64,000 bases of DNA. Origin: the human T2T-CHM13v2.0 reference genome, Homo sapiens. The notes under the pieces were generated by a model. That model was not told the DNA's origin. It searched no databases and saw only the letters and a list, made by a program, of their open reading frames with translations. The DNA is taken from the NCBI GenBank assembly GCA_009914755.4, contig CP086569.2, positions 15,776,001 to 15,840,000 on the forward strand, given 5' to 3'. How positions within the stretch are numbered: the first letter of the stretch is position 1; each line of letters begins with the position of its first letter. The position numbers were made by a program, and so were the translations under genes. Of the stretch, positions 13,885-25,818 are shown piece by piece.

Positions 13885-14567
13885 CTAGGTTTTCCTCTAG
13901 GGTTTTATAGTTTTAAGTCTAACATTAAGTCTTTAATCCATCTTCAATTAATTTTTGTAGAAGGTGTAAGGAAGGGATCCAGTTTCAGCTTTCTACATAT
14001 GGCTAGCCAGTTTTCCCAGCAGCATTTATTAAATAGGGAATCATTTCCCCATTTCTTGTTTTTGTCAGCTTCGTCAAAGATCAGATGGATGTAGATATGC
14101 AGCATTATTTCTGAGGGCTCTGTTCTGTTCCATTGGTCTATATCTCTATTTTGGTACCCAGTGCCATGCTGTTTTGGTTACTGTAGCCTTGTAGTATAGT
14201 TTGAAGTCAGGTAGCATGATGCCTCCAGCTTTGTTTTTTTGGCTTATAATTGACTTGGCAATGCAGGCTGTTTTTTGGTTCCATATGAAATTTAAAGTAG
14301 TTTTTTCCAATTCTGTGAAGAAAGTCATTGGTAGCTTGATGGGGATGGTATTGAATCTATAAATTACCTTGGGCAGTATGGCCATTTTCACGATATTGAT
14401 TCTTCCTACCCATGAGCATAGAATGTTCTTCCATTTGTTTGTATCATTTTTCATTTCATTGAGCAGTGGTTTGTAGTTCTCCTTCAAGAGGTCCTTCATG
14501 TCCCTTGTAAGTTGGATTCCTAGGTGCTTTATTCTATTTGAAGTAATTGTGAATGGGAGTTCTTTCA

Positions 14568-15026
<459 letters not shown>

Positions 15027-15300
15027 CTATTGAGATAATCATGTGGTTTTTCTCATTGGTTCTGTTTATATGCTGGATTATGTTTATTGATTTGCATATG
15101 ATGAACCAGCCTTGCATCCCAGGGATGAAGCCCACTTGATCATGGTGGATAAGCTTTTTGATATGCTGGTGGATTCAGTTTGCCAGTATTTTATTGAGGA
15201 TTTTTGAATCAATGTTCATCAGGGATATTTGTCTAAAATTCTCCTTTTTTTTGTGGTGTCTCTGCCAGTATTTGGTATGAGAATGATGCTGGCCTCATGA

Positions 15301-15631
<331 letters not shown>

Positions 15632-15647
15632 TATTCCCTCTTTTTCT
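15632..15647. repeat. Target-site duplication of the nested AluY, right copy: tattccctctttttct
   Basis: Perfect match to 15315-15330. Confidence 0.9.
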
Positions 15648-17204
15648 ATTGATTACAATAGTTTCAGAAGCAATGGTAGCAGCTCCTCTTTGTACCTCTG
15701 GTAGAATTTGGCTGTGAATCCATCTGCTCCTGGACTTTTTTTAGTTGGTAAGCTATTAACTATTGCCTCAATTTCAGAACCTGTTATTGGTCTATTCAGA
15801 GATTCAACTTCTTCCTGGTTTAGTCTTGGGAGGATGTATGTGTTGAGGAATTTATCCATTTCTTCTAGATTTTCTCATTTATTTGCGTAGAGGTGTTTAT
15901 AGTATTCTCTGATGGTAGTTTGTATTTCTGTGGGATTGGTGGTGATATCCCCTTTATGATTTTATCTATCTATTTTATTCTTCTCTCTTTTCTTCTTTAT
16001 TAGTCTTGCTAGTGGTTTATCAATTTTGTTGATCTTTTCAAAAAATCAGCTCCTGGATTCATTGATTTTTTAAAGTTTTTTTTGTGTCTCTATTTCCTTC
16101 ATTTCTGCTCTGATCTTAGATATTTCTTGCTTTCTGCTAGCTTTTGAATATGTTGCCCTTGCTTTTGTAGTTCTTTTAACTGTGATGTTAGGGTGTCAAT
16201 TTTAAATCTTTCCTGCTTTCTCTTGTGGGAATTTAGTGCTATAAATTTCCCTCTACACACTGCTTTGAATGTGTCCCAGAGATTCCGTAATGTTGTGTCT
16301 TTGTTCTTGTTGGTTTCGAAGAACATCTTTATTTCTGCTTTCATTTCGTTGTGTACCCAGTAGTCATTCAGGAGCAGGTTGTTCAGTTTCCATATAGTTG
16401 AGAGGTTTTGAGTGAGTTTTTAATCCTGAGTTCTAGTTTGATTGCACTGTAGTCTGAGAGACTTTTTGTTATAATTTCTGTTCCTTTACATTTACTGAGT
16501 AGTGCTTTACTTCCAACTATGTGGTCAATTTTGGAATAAGTGTGGTGTGGTGCTGCAAAGTGTGTATATTCTCTTGATTTGTGTTGGAGAGTTTTGTAGA
16601 TGTCTATTAGGTCTGCTTGGTGCAGAGCTGAGTTCAATTCCTGGATATCCTCGTTAACTTCCTGTCACATTGATCTGTCTAATGTTGACTGTGGCGTGTT
16701 AAAGTCTCCTATTATTATTGTGTGGGAGAATAAGTCTCTTTGTAGGCCTCTAAGGACTTGCTTTATGAATCTGGGTGCTCTTGTATTGGGTGCATATATA
16801 TTAAGGATAGTTAGCTCTTCTTGTTGAATTGATCCCTTTACTATTATGTAATGGCCTTCTTTGTCTCTTTTGATCTTTGCTGGTTTAAAGTCTGTTTTAC
16901 CAGAGACTAGGATTGCAACTCCTGCCTTTTTTTGTTTTCCTTTGCTTGGTAGATCTTCCTCCATCCCTGTATTTTGAGCCTATGTGTGTATCTGCATGTG
17001 AGATGGGTTCCCTGAATACAGCACACTGATGGGTCTTGACTCTTTATCCAATTTGCCAGTCTGGGTCTCTTAATTGGAGCATTTTGCCCATTTACATTTA
17101 AGGTTAATATTGTTATGTGTGAATTTGATCCTGTCATTATGATATTAGCTGGTTATTTTGCTGATTAGTTGATGCAGTTGCTTCTAACCTTGATGATCTT
17201 TACA

Positions 17205-18225
17205 ATTTGGCATGTTTTTGCAATGGCTGTGCAGGTTGTTCCTTTCCATGTTTAGTGCTTCCTTCAGGAGCTTTTCAGAGCAGGCCTGGTGGTGACAAAA
17301 TCTCTCAGCATTTGCTTGTCTGTAAAGTATTTTATTTCTCCTTCACTTATGAAGCTTAATTTGGCTGGATGTGAAATTCTGGGTTGAAAACTCCTTTCTT
17401 TAAAAATGTTGAATATTGGCCCTCACTCTCTTCTGGTTTGTAGAGTTTCTGCTGAGAGATCAGCTGTTAGTCTGATGGGCTTCCCTTTGTGGGTAACCCG
17501 ACCTTTCTCTGTGGCTGCCCTTAACATTTTTTCCTTCATTTCAACTTTGGTGAATCTGACAATTATGTGTCTTGGAGTTGCTTTTCTCGAGGAGTATCTT
17601 TGTGGTGTTCTCTGTATTTTCTGAATTTGAATGTTGGCCTGCCTTGCTAGATTCGGGAAGTTCTCCTGCATAACTTCCTGCGGAGTGTTTTACAACTTGG
17701 TTCCATTCTCCCCATCACTTTCAGGTACATCTATCAGATGTAGATTTGTCTTTTCACATAGTCCCATATTTCTTGGAGGTTTTGTTCATTTCTTTTTATT
17801 CTTTTTTCTCTAAACTTCTCTTCTTTCTTCATTTCATTCATTTGATCCTCCATCACTGATACCCTTTCTTCCAGTTGATCGAATCAGCTACTGAGGGTTG
17901 TGCATTCATCACGTAGTTCTCGTGCCTTGGTTTTCAGCTCCATCATGTCTTTTAAGGACTTCTCTGTATTGATTATTCTAGTTAGCCATTCATCTAATTT
18001 GTTTTCAAGGTTTTTAACTTCTTTGCCATGGGTTCGAACTTCCTCTTTTACCTTGGAGTAGTTTGATCGTCTGAAGTCTTCTTCTCTCAACTCGTCAAAG
18101 TCATTCTCCGTCCAGATTTGTTCCATTGCTGGTGAGGAGCTGCACTCCTTTGGAGGAGGAGAGGAGCTCTGATTTTTAGAGTTTCAAGTTTTCTGCTCTG
18201 TTTTTTCCCATCTTTGTGGTTTTAT
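17205..18225 (-). pseudogene. L1 ORF1 (coiled-coil RNA-binding protein), decayed
   Basis: Minus ORFs 17884-18126 (MEQIWTENDFDELREEDFRRSNYSKVKEEV...KTKARELRDEC) and 17423-17671 (NLARQANIQIQKIQRTPQRYSSRKATPRHIIVRFTKVEMKEKMLRAATEKGRVTHKGKPIRLTADLSAETLQTRRE). Confidence 0.75.
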
Positions 18226-19242
18226 CTACCTTTGGTCTTTGATGATGGGGACATACAGGTGGGGTTTTGGTGTGGATGTCCTTTCTATTTGTTAGTTTTC
18301 CTTCTAACAGTGAGGACGCTCAGCTGCATGTCTGTTGGAGTTTGCTGTAGGTCCACTCCAGACCCTGTTTTCCTGGATATCAGCTGCAAAGGCTGCAGAA
18401 CAGTGGGTATTGGTTAGCAGCAAATGCTGCTGCCTGATCGTTTCTCTGGAAGTTTTGTCTCAGAGGAGTACCCAGCCATGTGAGGTGTCAGTCTGCCCCT
18501 ACTTGGGGGTGCCTCCCAGTTAGGCTACTCAGGGGTCAGGGACCCCTTTGGGAGGCAGTCTGTCTGTTCTCAGATCTCCAGCTGCATTCTGGGAGAACCA
18601 GTACTCTCTTCAAATCTGTCACTCAGAGACATTTAAGTCTGCAGAGGATTCTGCTGCTTTTTGTTTGGTTGTGCCCTGTCCCCAGAGGTGGAGTCTACAG
18701 AGGCAGGCAGGCAGGCCTCCTTGAGCTGTGGTGGGATACACCCAGTTCAAGCTTCCCAGCTGCTTTTTTTACCTACTCAAGCCTCAGCAGTGGTGGGCGC
18801 CCCTCCCACAGCGTCGCTGCCACCTTGCAGTTTGATCTCAGACTGCTGTGCTAGCAATGAGTGAGGCTCCGTGGGCATAGGACCCTCTGAGGCAGGCATG
18901 AGATATAATCTCCTGGTGTGCCATTTGTTAAGACCATTGGAAAAGCGCAGTATTAAGGTGTGAGTGACCCAATTTTCCAGGTGCCGTCTGTCCCCTTTTT
19001 CTTTGAGTAGGAAAGGGAATTCTCTGACCCCTGGGGATTCTCGGGTGAGGCGATGCATCGCCCTGCTTTGACTTATGCTCGGTTCACTGCATTCACTGTC
19101 CTGAACCTGCTTTCTGACACTCCCCAGTGAGATGAACCCGATATGTCAGTTTGAAACGCAGAAATCACCCATCTTCTGCCTGGCTCATGCTGGGAGCTGT
19201 AGACTGGAGCTGTTCCTATTCGGCCATATTGGCTCCACCCGT
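18226..19242 (-). promoter_or_regulatory. L1PA 5'UTR (carries the internal sense Pol II promoter and, by established knowledge, an antisense promoter). Likely inactive or silenced here.
   Basis: Reverse-complemented L1 5'UTR sequence between the ORF1 start and the element 5' end (..cagtctgagatcaaactgcaaggtggcagcg.., ..ggagctgttcctattcggccat..). Confidence 0.55.
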
Positions 19243-19260
19243 AGGTTACAAAAAGATGTC

Positions 19261-21741
19261 TTTTTTTCTTGTACATTTGTTTCAGTCCTTGTAGATTCTG
19301 GATATTAGCCCTTCACCAGATAGATTGCAAAAATTTTCTCCCATTCTCTAGATTGCCTGTTGACTCTGATGATAGTTTCTTTTGCAGTGCAGAAGCTCTT
19401 TAGTTTAATTAGATACGATTTGTCAATTTTGGCTTTTGTTACCATTTCTTTTGGTGTTTTAGTCATCAAATCTGTGCCCATGACTATATACTCAATAGTA
19501 TTGCCTAGGGTTTCTTCTAGGTTTTTTATGGTTTTCAGTCTTATGTTTTAGTCTTTATCCATCTTGAATTAACTTTTGTATAAGGTGTAAAGAAGGGGTC
19601 CGGTTTCAGTTTTCTGAATATGGCTAGCCAGTTTTCCAAGCACCATTTATTAAATAGGAGTCCTTTTTTCATTGCTTGTGTTTGTCAGGTTTGTCAAAGA
19701 TTGATGGTCTTCGTTGTGTGGTGTTATGTCTGAGGCCTCTGTTCTGTTCCATTGTTCTATATATCTGTTTGATGTCACTACCATGCTGTTTTCATTACTA
19801 TAGACTTGTAGTGTAGTATGAAGTTAGGTAGTGTGATACCTCCAGTTTTTTACATTTCCTTAGGATTGTCTTGACTACACCCATCTTTTTTGGTTCCATA
19901 AGAAATTTAAGATAGTTTTTTTCAAATTCTGTGAATTGGTGTATAGGAATGCTTGTGATTTTTGCATATTGATTTTGTACCCTGAGAGTTTGCTGAAGTT
20001 GCTTATCAGCTAAAGGGGATTTTGGACTGAGAAGATGGAGTTTTCTAAATACACAATCATGTCATCTGCAAACAGGAAAAATTTGACTTCCTCTCTTCTT
20101 AGTTGAATATCCTTTATTTATTTCTCTTGCTTGATTGCTCTAGCCAGAACTCCCAATTCTGTGAATAGCTGTGGTTAGAGAGGGCATCTTTGTCTTGTGC
20201 CAGTTTTCAAAGGGAATGCAGTATTTTCCCATTCAGTATGATATTTTCCCACTCAGTATGGTATGTGGTTTTTGTCATAAATCTTTCTCATTATTTTGAG
20301 ATATGTTCTGTCAATATGTAGTTTATTGAGAGTTTTTAGTATGAATTGGTGTTGGATTTTATAGAAGGCCTCTTCTGCATTCATTGAGATAATTGTGTCT
20401 TCTTTTGTCATTGGTTCTGATTATTTGATGGATTACATTTATTGATATGCATATGCTGAACCAGCCTTGCATCCCAGAGATGAAGCTGACTTGATCATGA
20501 TGGATAAACTTTTTGATGTGCTACTGGATTCGGTTTGCCAGTATTTTATTGAGGATTTTCACCTCAATGTTTATTAATGATAATGGCCTGAAATATTGTC
20601 TTTTTGTTGTGTCTCTGCCAGGTTTTGGTATTAGGATGATGTGGGCCTCATAAAATCAGTTAGGGAGGAGTCCCTATTTTATATTGTCTGGAATAGTTTC
20701 AGAAATAATGGCACCAGCCCCTCTTTGTACCTCTGGTAGAATTCAGCTATGAATCCCTCTGGTTGTTGGGCTATTAATAACTGCCTCAATTTCAAAACTT
20801 GTTATTGCTCATTCAGGGATTTGATTTCTTCCTAATTTAGTCTTGGGAGTATGTGTATGTGTCCAGAAATTTATCCATTTCTTGTAGATTTTCTAGTTTA
20901 TTTGCATAGAGGTGTTTATAGTATTTTCTGATGGTAGTTTGTATTTCTGTGGGATCATTGGTGATATCTCCTTGATCATTTTTATTGTGTCTATTTGAAT
21001 CTTCTTGCTTTTCTTCTTTATTAATCTGGCTAGTCATCAATTTTGTTAATCTTTTAAAAAAACTGGCTTCTGGATTCATTGATATTTTAAGGGGTTTCTC
21101 GTGTCTCTCTCTCCTTCAGTTCTGCTCTAATATTACTTATTTCTTGTCTTCTGCTAGCTTTTGAGTGTGTTTGCTCTTGCTTCTCTAGTTCTTTTAATTG
21201 TGATGTCAGGGTGTCAATTTTAGATATTTCTTGCTTTCTCCTGTGGGCATTTTGTGGTATAAATTTGCCTCTAAACACTGCTTTAGTTGTGTCCCAGAGA
21301 TTCTGGTATGTTCTCTTTATTCTCAATGGTTTCAAATAACATCTTTATTCCTGCCTTCATTTTGTTATATACCCAGCAGTCATTCAGGAGTAGGTTGTTC
21401 AGCTTCCATTTATTTGTGTGGTTTTGAGTGAGTTTCTTAATCCTGAGTTCTAATTTGATTGCACTTTTGTCTGAGAGACTGCTTTTTATGATTTCTATTG
21501 TTTTGCATTTGCTGAGGATTGTTTTACTTCTAATTATGCTGTCAATTTTAGAATAAGTTTGATGTGGTGCTGAGAAGAATGTATATTGTGTTGATTTGGG
21601 GTGTAGAGTTCTGTATATGTCTATTAGATGTGCTGGGTCCAGAGCACCTTGAAATCCTTGTTAATTTTCTGTTTCATTGATCTGTCTAATATTGACAGTG
21701 CGGTGTTAAAGTCTCCCAGTATTATCGTGTGGGAGTCTAAC
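19261..21741 (-). mobile_element. Older L1 (L1PA-old/L1PB-like), part B: ORF2 middle portion of the same 5'-truncated element as 11917-12780
   Basis: Restarts with tttttttcttgtacatttgtttcagtccttgtagattctggatattagccc, collinear with the end of part A. Reverse-complemented ORF2 sequence runs through ...cggtgttaaagtctcccagtattatcgtgtgggagtctaa, then diverges (5' truncation). Confidence 0.85.
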
Positions 21742-21786
21742 TAACCACTGAGGTTTTAAAAATTATCTTAACTTTAAAAATATGTA

Positions 21787-22080
21787 GGGCTTGCAGAGTA
21801 TCCTGGCTCATGCCTGTAATCTCAGCACTTTGGAGTGTTGAGGCAGGCAGGTCACTCGAGGTCAGGAATTCAAGACCAGCCTCACCAACATAAAGTAACC
21901 CAATCTTTACTAATACTACAAAATTAGCCAGGCATGGTGTCCCATGTCTGTAATCCCAGCTATCTGGGAGGCTGACTCATGAGAATCACTTGATCTGGGA
22001 GGTGGAGGTTGCAGTTGTGCTGAGCTGTGGTCGCACCATTGCTCTCTAGCCTGGGCAACAAGAGTGAAACTTGGTCTCAA
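21787..22080 (+). mobile_element. Alu (older, AluS/J-like). Its tail is replaced by a (TA)n/(TATG)n microsatellite.
   Basis: gggcttgcagagtatcctggctcatgcctgtaatctcagcactttgga...ctctctagcctgggcaacaagagtgaaacttggtctcaa. Confidence 0.85.
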
Positions 22081-22215
22081 ATATATATGTGTATATATAT
22101 ATATACATATATGGCTTTCTCTGTCTCTATGTCTGTCTTTCTGTTGTTTGTTTCTGTGTGTTTCTCCTAATCCTTCTCCTTTCTCTCTTTCTATCTCACA
22201 CATATCTCTTGCTTT
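22081..22215. repeat. Simple repeats: (TA)n/(TATG)n at 22081-22112, followed by a CT-rich low-complexity tract (ctttctctgtctctatgtctgtctttctg...)
   Basis: Direct reading. It explains the overlapping plus/minus ORFs at 21916-22265. Confidence 0.85.
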
Positions 22216-23019
22216 GTTTTATGCCATGGGGTTTTTCTACATATTTGATTGTCATTGATTTATAATTTAACATCCTTTTAGCTAGGGGATATATTTGGTA
22301 TGACTCCAGTCCTTTGATAAGTTTTTAGACATATTTTAAGGCACAGTGTGTAATCTATTCTAATGAATGTGCACTTGCAAATCAGCGTAACTTCTGAAGT
22401 GGCTGGATATACTGTTCAGTAAATGCCAATTAAATAAATTTGGTTGATAAGGTAGTTGAACTCTTTCATATTTTTACTGAATTTTTGTCCGTTGTTTCTG
22501 TCAGTGAGAGTGAGTGGATTTTTTCCTATTTCCCACATTACATCTATTTTTGTTTTCTACATTTTAAAGTTCCATTCTCAATATTTATTGCAGTGCAAAC
22601 CTGCAAAAGAGAAATTCCTTCAACAATTTACAGTTTTCATTCCATGGTCTTCTACACACCCATGTTTAAAGGAAACTGCAACATTTTATTTTTTGCATTT
22701 TGATAACTGCAAGGTGTGTTCTTATTATCTCAGACTGTAGGTTTTTTGTATAATTTCAGTTTTCATCAGATTGACTATGGAGTGCCCAGGTGCAGCTTTC
22801 TTTGTGTGCATCCTGCTTGAGGGTCTCACATTATTGTGGTGACATATTTTATCAATTTCAGGAAGGTATTGACCATTTTGTTTTTCAATATTATTTGGCT
22901 CTTTTCTCAATTTTATGTCTTTTTGAAGCTCCAATTACACACACAACTTTTGATACTGTCTATCAGCTGACACCTGCTCCTTTTTGTTTATCTACTTTTT
23001 TACTTAAAAAAAAGTGTCT

Positions 23020-23322
23020 GCGCCGGGCGCCGTGGCTCACGCCTGTAATTCCAGCACTTTGGGAGGCCAAGACAGGAGGATCATGAGGTCTGGCGATCGA
23101 GACCATCCTGGCTAACATGACGAAGCCCCGTCTCTACTAAAAATACAAAAAATTAGTCGGACGTGGTGGCGGGCGCCTGTAGCCCCAGCTACTCCGGAGC
23201 TGAGGCAGGAGAAGGGCGTGAACCCGGGAGGTGGGGCTTGCCATGAGCCGAGATCGCGCCACTGCATTCCATCCCGGCGAAAGAGTGAGACTCCATCTCA
23301 AAAAAAAAAAAAGAAAAAAAAA
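23020..23322 (+). mobile_element. AluY-family element, full length, with A-tail 23300-23322
   Basis: gcgccgggcgccgtggctcacgcctgtaattccagcactttgggaggccaagacagg...ggacgtggtggcgggcgcctgtagccccagctactccggagctgaggcaggagaagggcgtgaacccgggagg...gagccgagatcgcgccactgcattcc. Possible short TSD (A)n-tgtctg on both sides (aaaaaaaagtgtctg before, aaatctgtctg after). Confidence 0.88.
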
Positions 23323-24764
23323 TCTGTCTGTTTGGATATTTTTTATAGACCTATGCCAAAGGGCACACAGAGGCACTCAATTTGCTTTTCAAGTTTCCTG
23401 TTGAGTAACTCTAATAAATATGTCATTTCTAACAACTTTTAAAAATCTCTAGCTTAAAAATACTGATACCAGAAATAATTAAATATTTTATAAATAATAT
23501 ATAAATTTGTAATCATACCTAATAAAAACTTTTGGTGTCACTTTACATTTTTACCTTTTTACTAAAATATACACTCTTATTTTCCTTCTTCTACATGAGT
23601 TCCTGTAACATAAATACCTTCTCTCATAGTGAAAAGTATTCTCTGATAATCCTACTATTTCTAGATCTGCTTTTATTCACTATTTCCTCTATTGTTCATT
23701 GGTTACACATTTATAATTATTTGGAAGTCTCATTATGTTTGATTTGTATGTCAGACATTTTGCATAAAAGCCTAGTAGCATGTGAAATATGTAATTTTTT
23801 GCTCCAGGAGAAAACCGGTCATTTTTTTTCTCTTTCAAGCCCCTAAAGTGTGGATTTGTGCCAATTTGACCTCTAGTTGAACTGCATCTATGCATTCCAC
23901 CTCTTTAGTTTAATTTTCTAGTGACTTCAAACTTTCCATAGACATGCCTGGGCTTTTTTTTCAGCATCCCTTGCAATCTTGAGCACTTGTATGATTTCAT
24001 TTACTGGGTGGCCTCCCTTGTTTACTACCCAGCATCCATCTTGTAGGAGTTCCTTTTCCAGTTCTGCTTCTATAGTTTTTGTTTTGAGAAGACCTTTTTC
24101 TCCACTGATGTCTTCCCCTAGGTTTTAGACGGCAACTGCCTTGCAATCTGTGAAGGTCAAAAATGCTTTGGAGAATCTCTCTCACCATTTTTCCTCTCCT
24201 GCCTTCAGAGCGTGGCTTCATAGTACTAGGGGTGGGCCTGAGGACCTCACAGGGATACAGCTCAACTCCTGTATCCTGTGCCCAGGCAGGTATGAACTGC
24301 TCACACATTCTGGGAAGACCAAAATATATAGGGCGGGGCGGGGGGGGGGATCCGCAGTACCCGTGGCGCACACCATCCTGGAATTCTAATCTGTCTCAGC
24401 AGCCCATCGGTTATGGAAAGTTTGTTATAATTTTGGATTTTAAAATAAACTGCCACCCCTTTTCCTTCTTGTACTCTTGCTGTAATCTATCAGGGAGGTG
24501 AAAAACCATGGCCCACGTCTCCCTCGCAGGGAGATCATCACTTTTCTATTGATTGCAGATTTCTTTGCTTCCTGTGTTTATAATAAATTTAATTTGTGTA
24601 ATTTCCAGTGTGTTCAGGTTGACAGGATGAACATGATATTCTCTCACTACTTTCTATATTCTAATTGGAAGAAGAAGCACAAATATAAAATTTAAATTGA
24701 ATGCCTACTAAAAAAGAACTGAAGGCAAGTGTTCACTTAACTAATAATTCTGACATATGAAAAT

Positions 24765-24935
24765 ATATTCTGTATACGTATAAATATGTAAATATACAAA
24801 TATAGAAGTATATACAAACATAAAAAGTATATACATATTCAAATAGTACATTTTATAAATACAAATATGTACATTTTATATGCTTATATACACATATATA
24901 TTTATGTGGTAAATATAGTACAGTATACATATAGT
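24765..24935. repeat. AT-rich low-complexity/(TATAYA)n-like tract flanking the Alu on the left
   Basis: Direct reading (gtatacgtataaatatgtaaatatacaaatatagaagtatatacaaacat...). Confidence 0.8.
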
Positions 24936-24938
24936 TGT

Positions 24939-25258
24939 TTCTTTTTTTTTTTTTTTTTGAGAGAGGTTCTCACTCCATCACCCAGGCTGGAGCGCAATGG
25001 CAGAAGCTCAGCAAACTGCAACCTCCACCTCCCAGGTTCAAGCGATTCTCATGCCTCAGCCTCCTGAGTAGCTGGAATTACAGGTGTATGCCACCATATC
25101 CGCTAATTTTTGTGTGTGTATATATATGTATATATATATATTTATGTATATTATATATATATTATACATGTGGTTTTTTTTTTGCTTTTTTTTTTTTTCA
25201 GTAGAGACAGGGTTTCACCATGTTGACTAGGCAGGTCTCAAACTCGTGGCTTCAAGTG
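24939..25258 (-). mobile_element. Alu, minus orientation, 5'-truncated (Alu sense). A TA-rich microsatellite has expanded inside its middle linker (25100-25190).
   Basis: Poly-T at 24942-24958. Reverse-complemented right arm (gagagaggttctcactccatcacccaggctggagcgcaatggc...cctcagcctcctgagtagctggaattacaggtgtatgccaccat). The linker has gtgtgtgtatatatatgtatatatatatattt... inserted. Then ...cagtagagacagggtttcaccatgttgactaggcaggtctcaaactcgtggcttcaagtga. Confidence 0.85.
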
Positions 25259-25261
25259 AAC

Positions 25262-25480
25262 AACTTAAGGAGTTATATGTTAAATTATATATTATTAAAT
25301 ATAAACATGCATATTTATATATTTGCACTATATATTTATACATAGTGCATACGTATACACCAAATATAGTATAGACTGTGTACTTAAATATGTATATAGT
25401 ATATACTATATAAATATGTATATGTGTATATATATTTTATATAATATATACATATATAAGTATAATTGTCCCTCACTTTC
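25262..25480. repeat. AT-rich low-complexity/(TATATG)n-like tract flanking the Alu on the right
   Basis: Direct reading (ttaaattatatattattaaatataaacatgcatatttatatatttgcactatatattta...tatatgtgtatatatattttatataatatatacatatataag). Confidence 0.8.
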
Positions 25481-25770
25481 TCCAAAGTACTAGTTCCAGG
25501 ACATTAGCAGATAGCAAAATCCAAGGATGCTCAAGTCCCTCTAATAAAAAGGCATAATATTTTCATATAACCTATCCACATCCTTCTGTAGACATTAAAT
25601 AATCTCCAGGTTGCTTATATTATCCATATAATGTAGATGCTATGTAAATACTTGTTGTACTGTTTTGTTTAAAAGTATGTACATATTCTGTACAGTTGCA
25701 ATTATTTATCTTTATTTCCCAATAGTTTTGATCCTAAGTTAATTTAACCCCTGGAATATGGAGGGCCAAC

Positions 25771-25818
25771 TCTATATATATATATAGATGCACACACACA
25801 CACAGACACACACACAAG
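25771..25818. repeat. Compound microsatellite (TA)n(CA)n
   Basis: tctatatatatatatagatgcacacacacacacagacacacacacaag. Confidence 0.9.

Noticed and set aside
22064-22265. Plus-strand 64-aa ORFs (YIYIYIYGFLCLYVCLSVVCFCV...)
   Set aside because: Translation of the (TA)n and CT-rich low-complexity tract that follows the Alu at 21787-22080.
22200-23020. Region between the Alu/simple repeats and the AluY, with plus-strand ORFs of 87 to 98 aa (MVDKVVELFHIFTEF...; MNSFIFLLNFCPLFL...; MQLSLCASCLRVSHY...)
   Set aside because: The peptides are low-complexity and hydrophobic without domain-like features. The sequence looks like a decayed repeat (possibly a very old L1 3' region) and not a gene. No splice-site or conservation evidence is available.
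23990-24640. 124-aa minus ORF (23997-24371), a G10 run (24340-24351), and downstream aataaa plus ...gcttcctgtgtttataataaatttaatttgtg resembling an LTR 3' end
   Set aside because: The peptide has no recognisable domain. The G-run is too short for a CpG island. The LTR-like ending is suggestive of an unclassified ancient LTR or other repeat, but I cannot assign a family from memory, so it is not reported as a feature.
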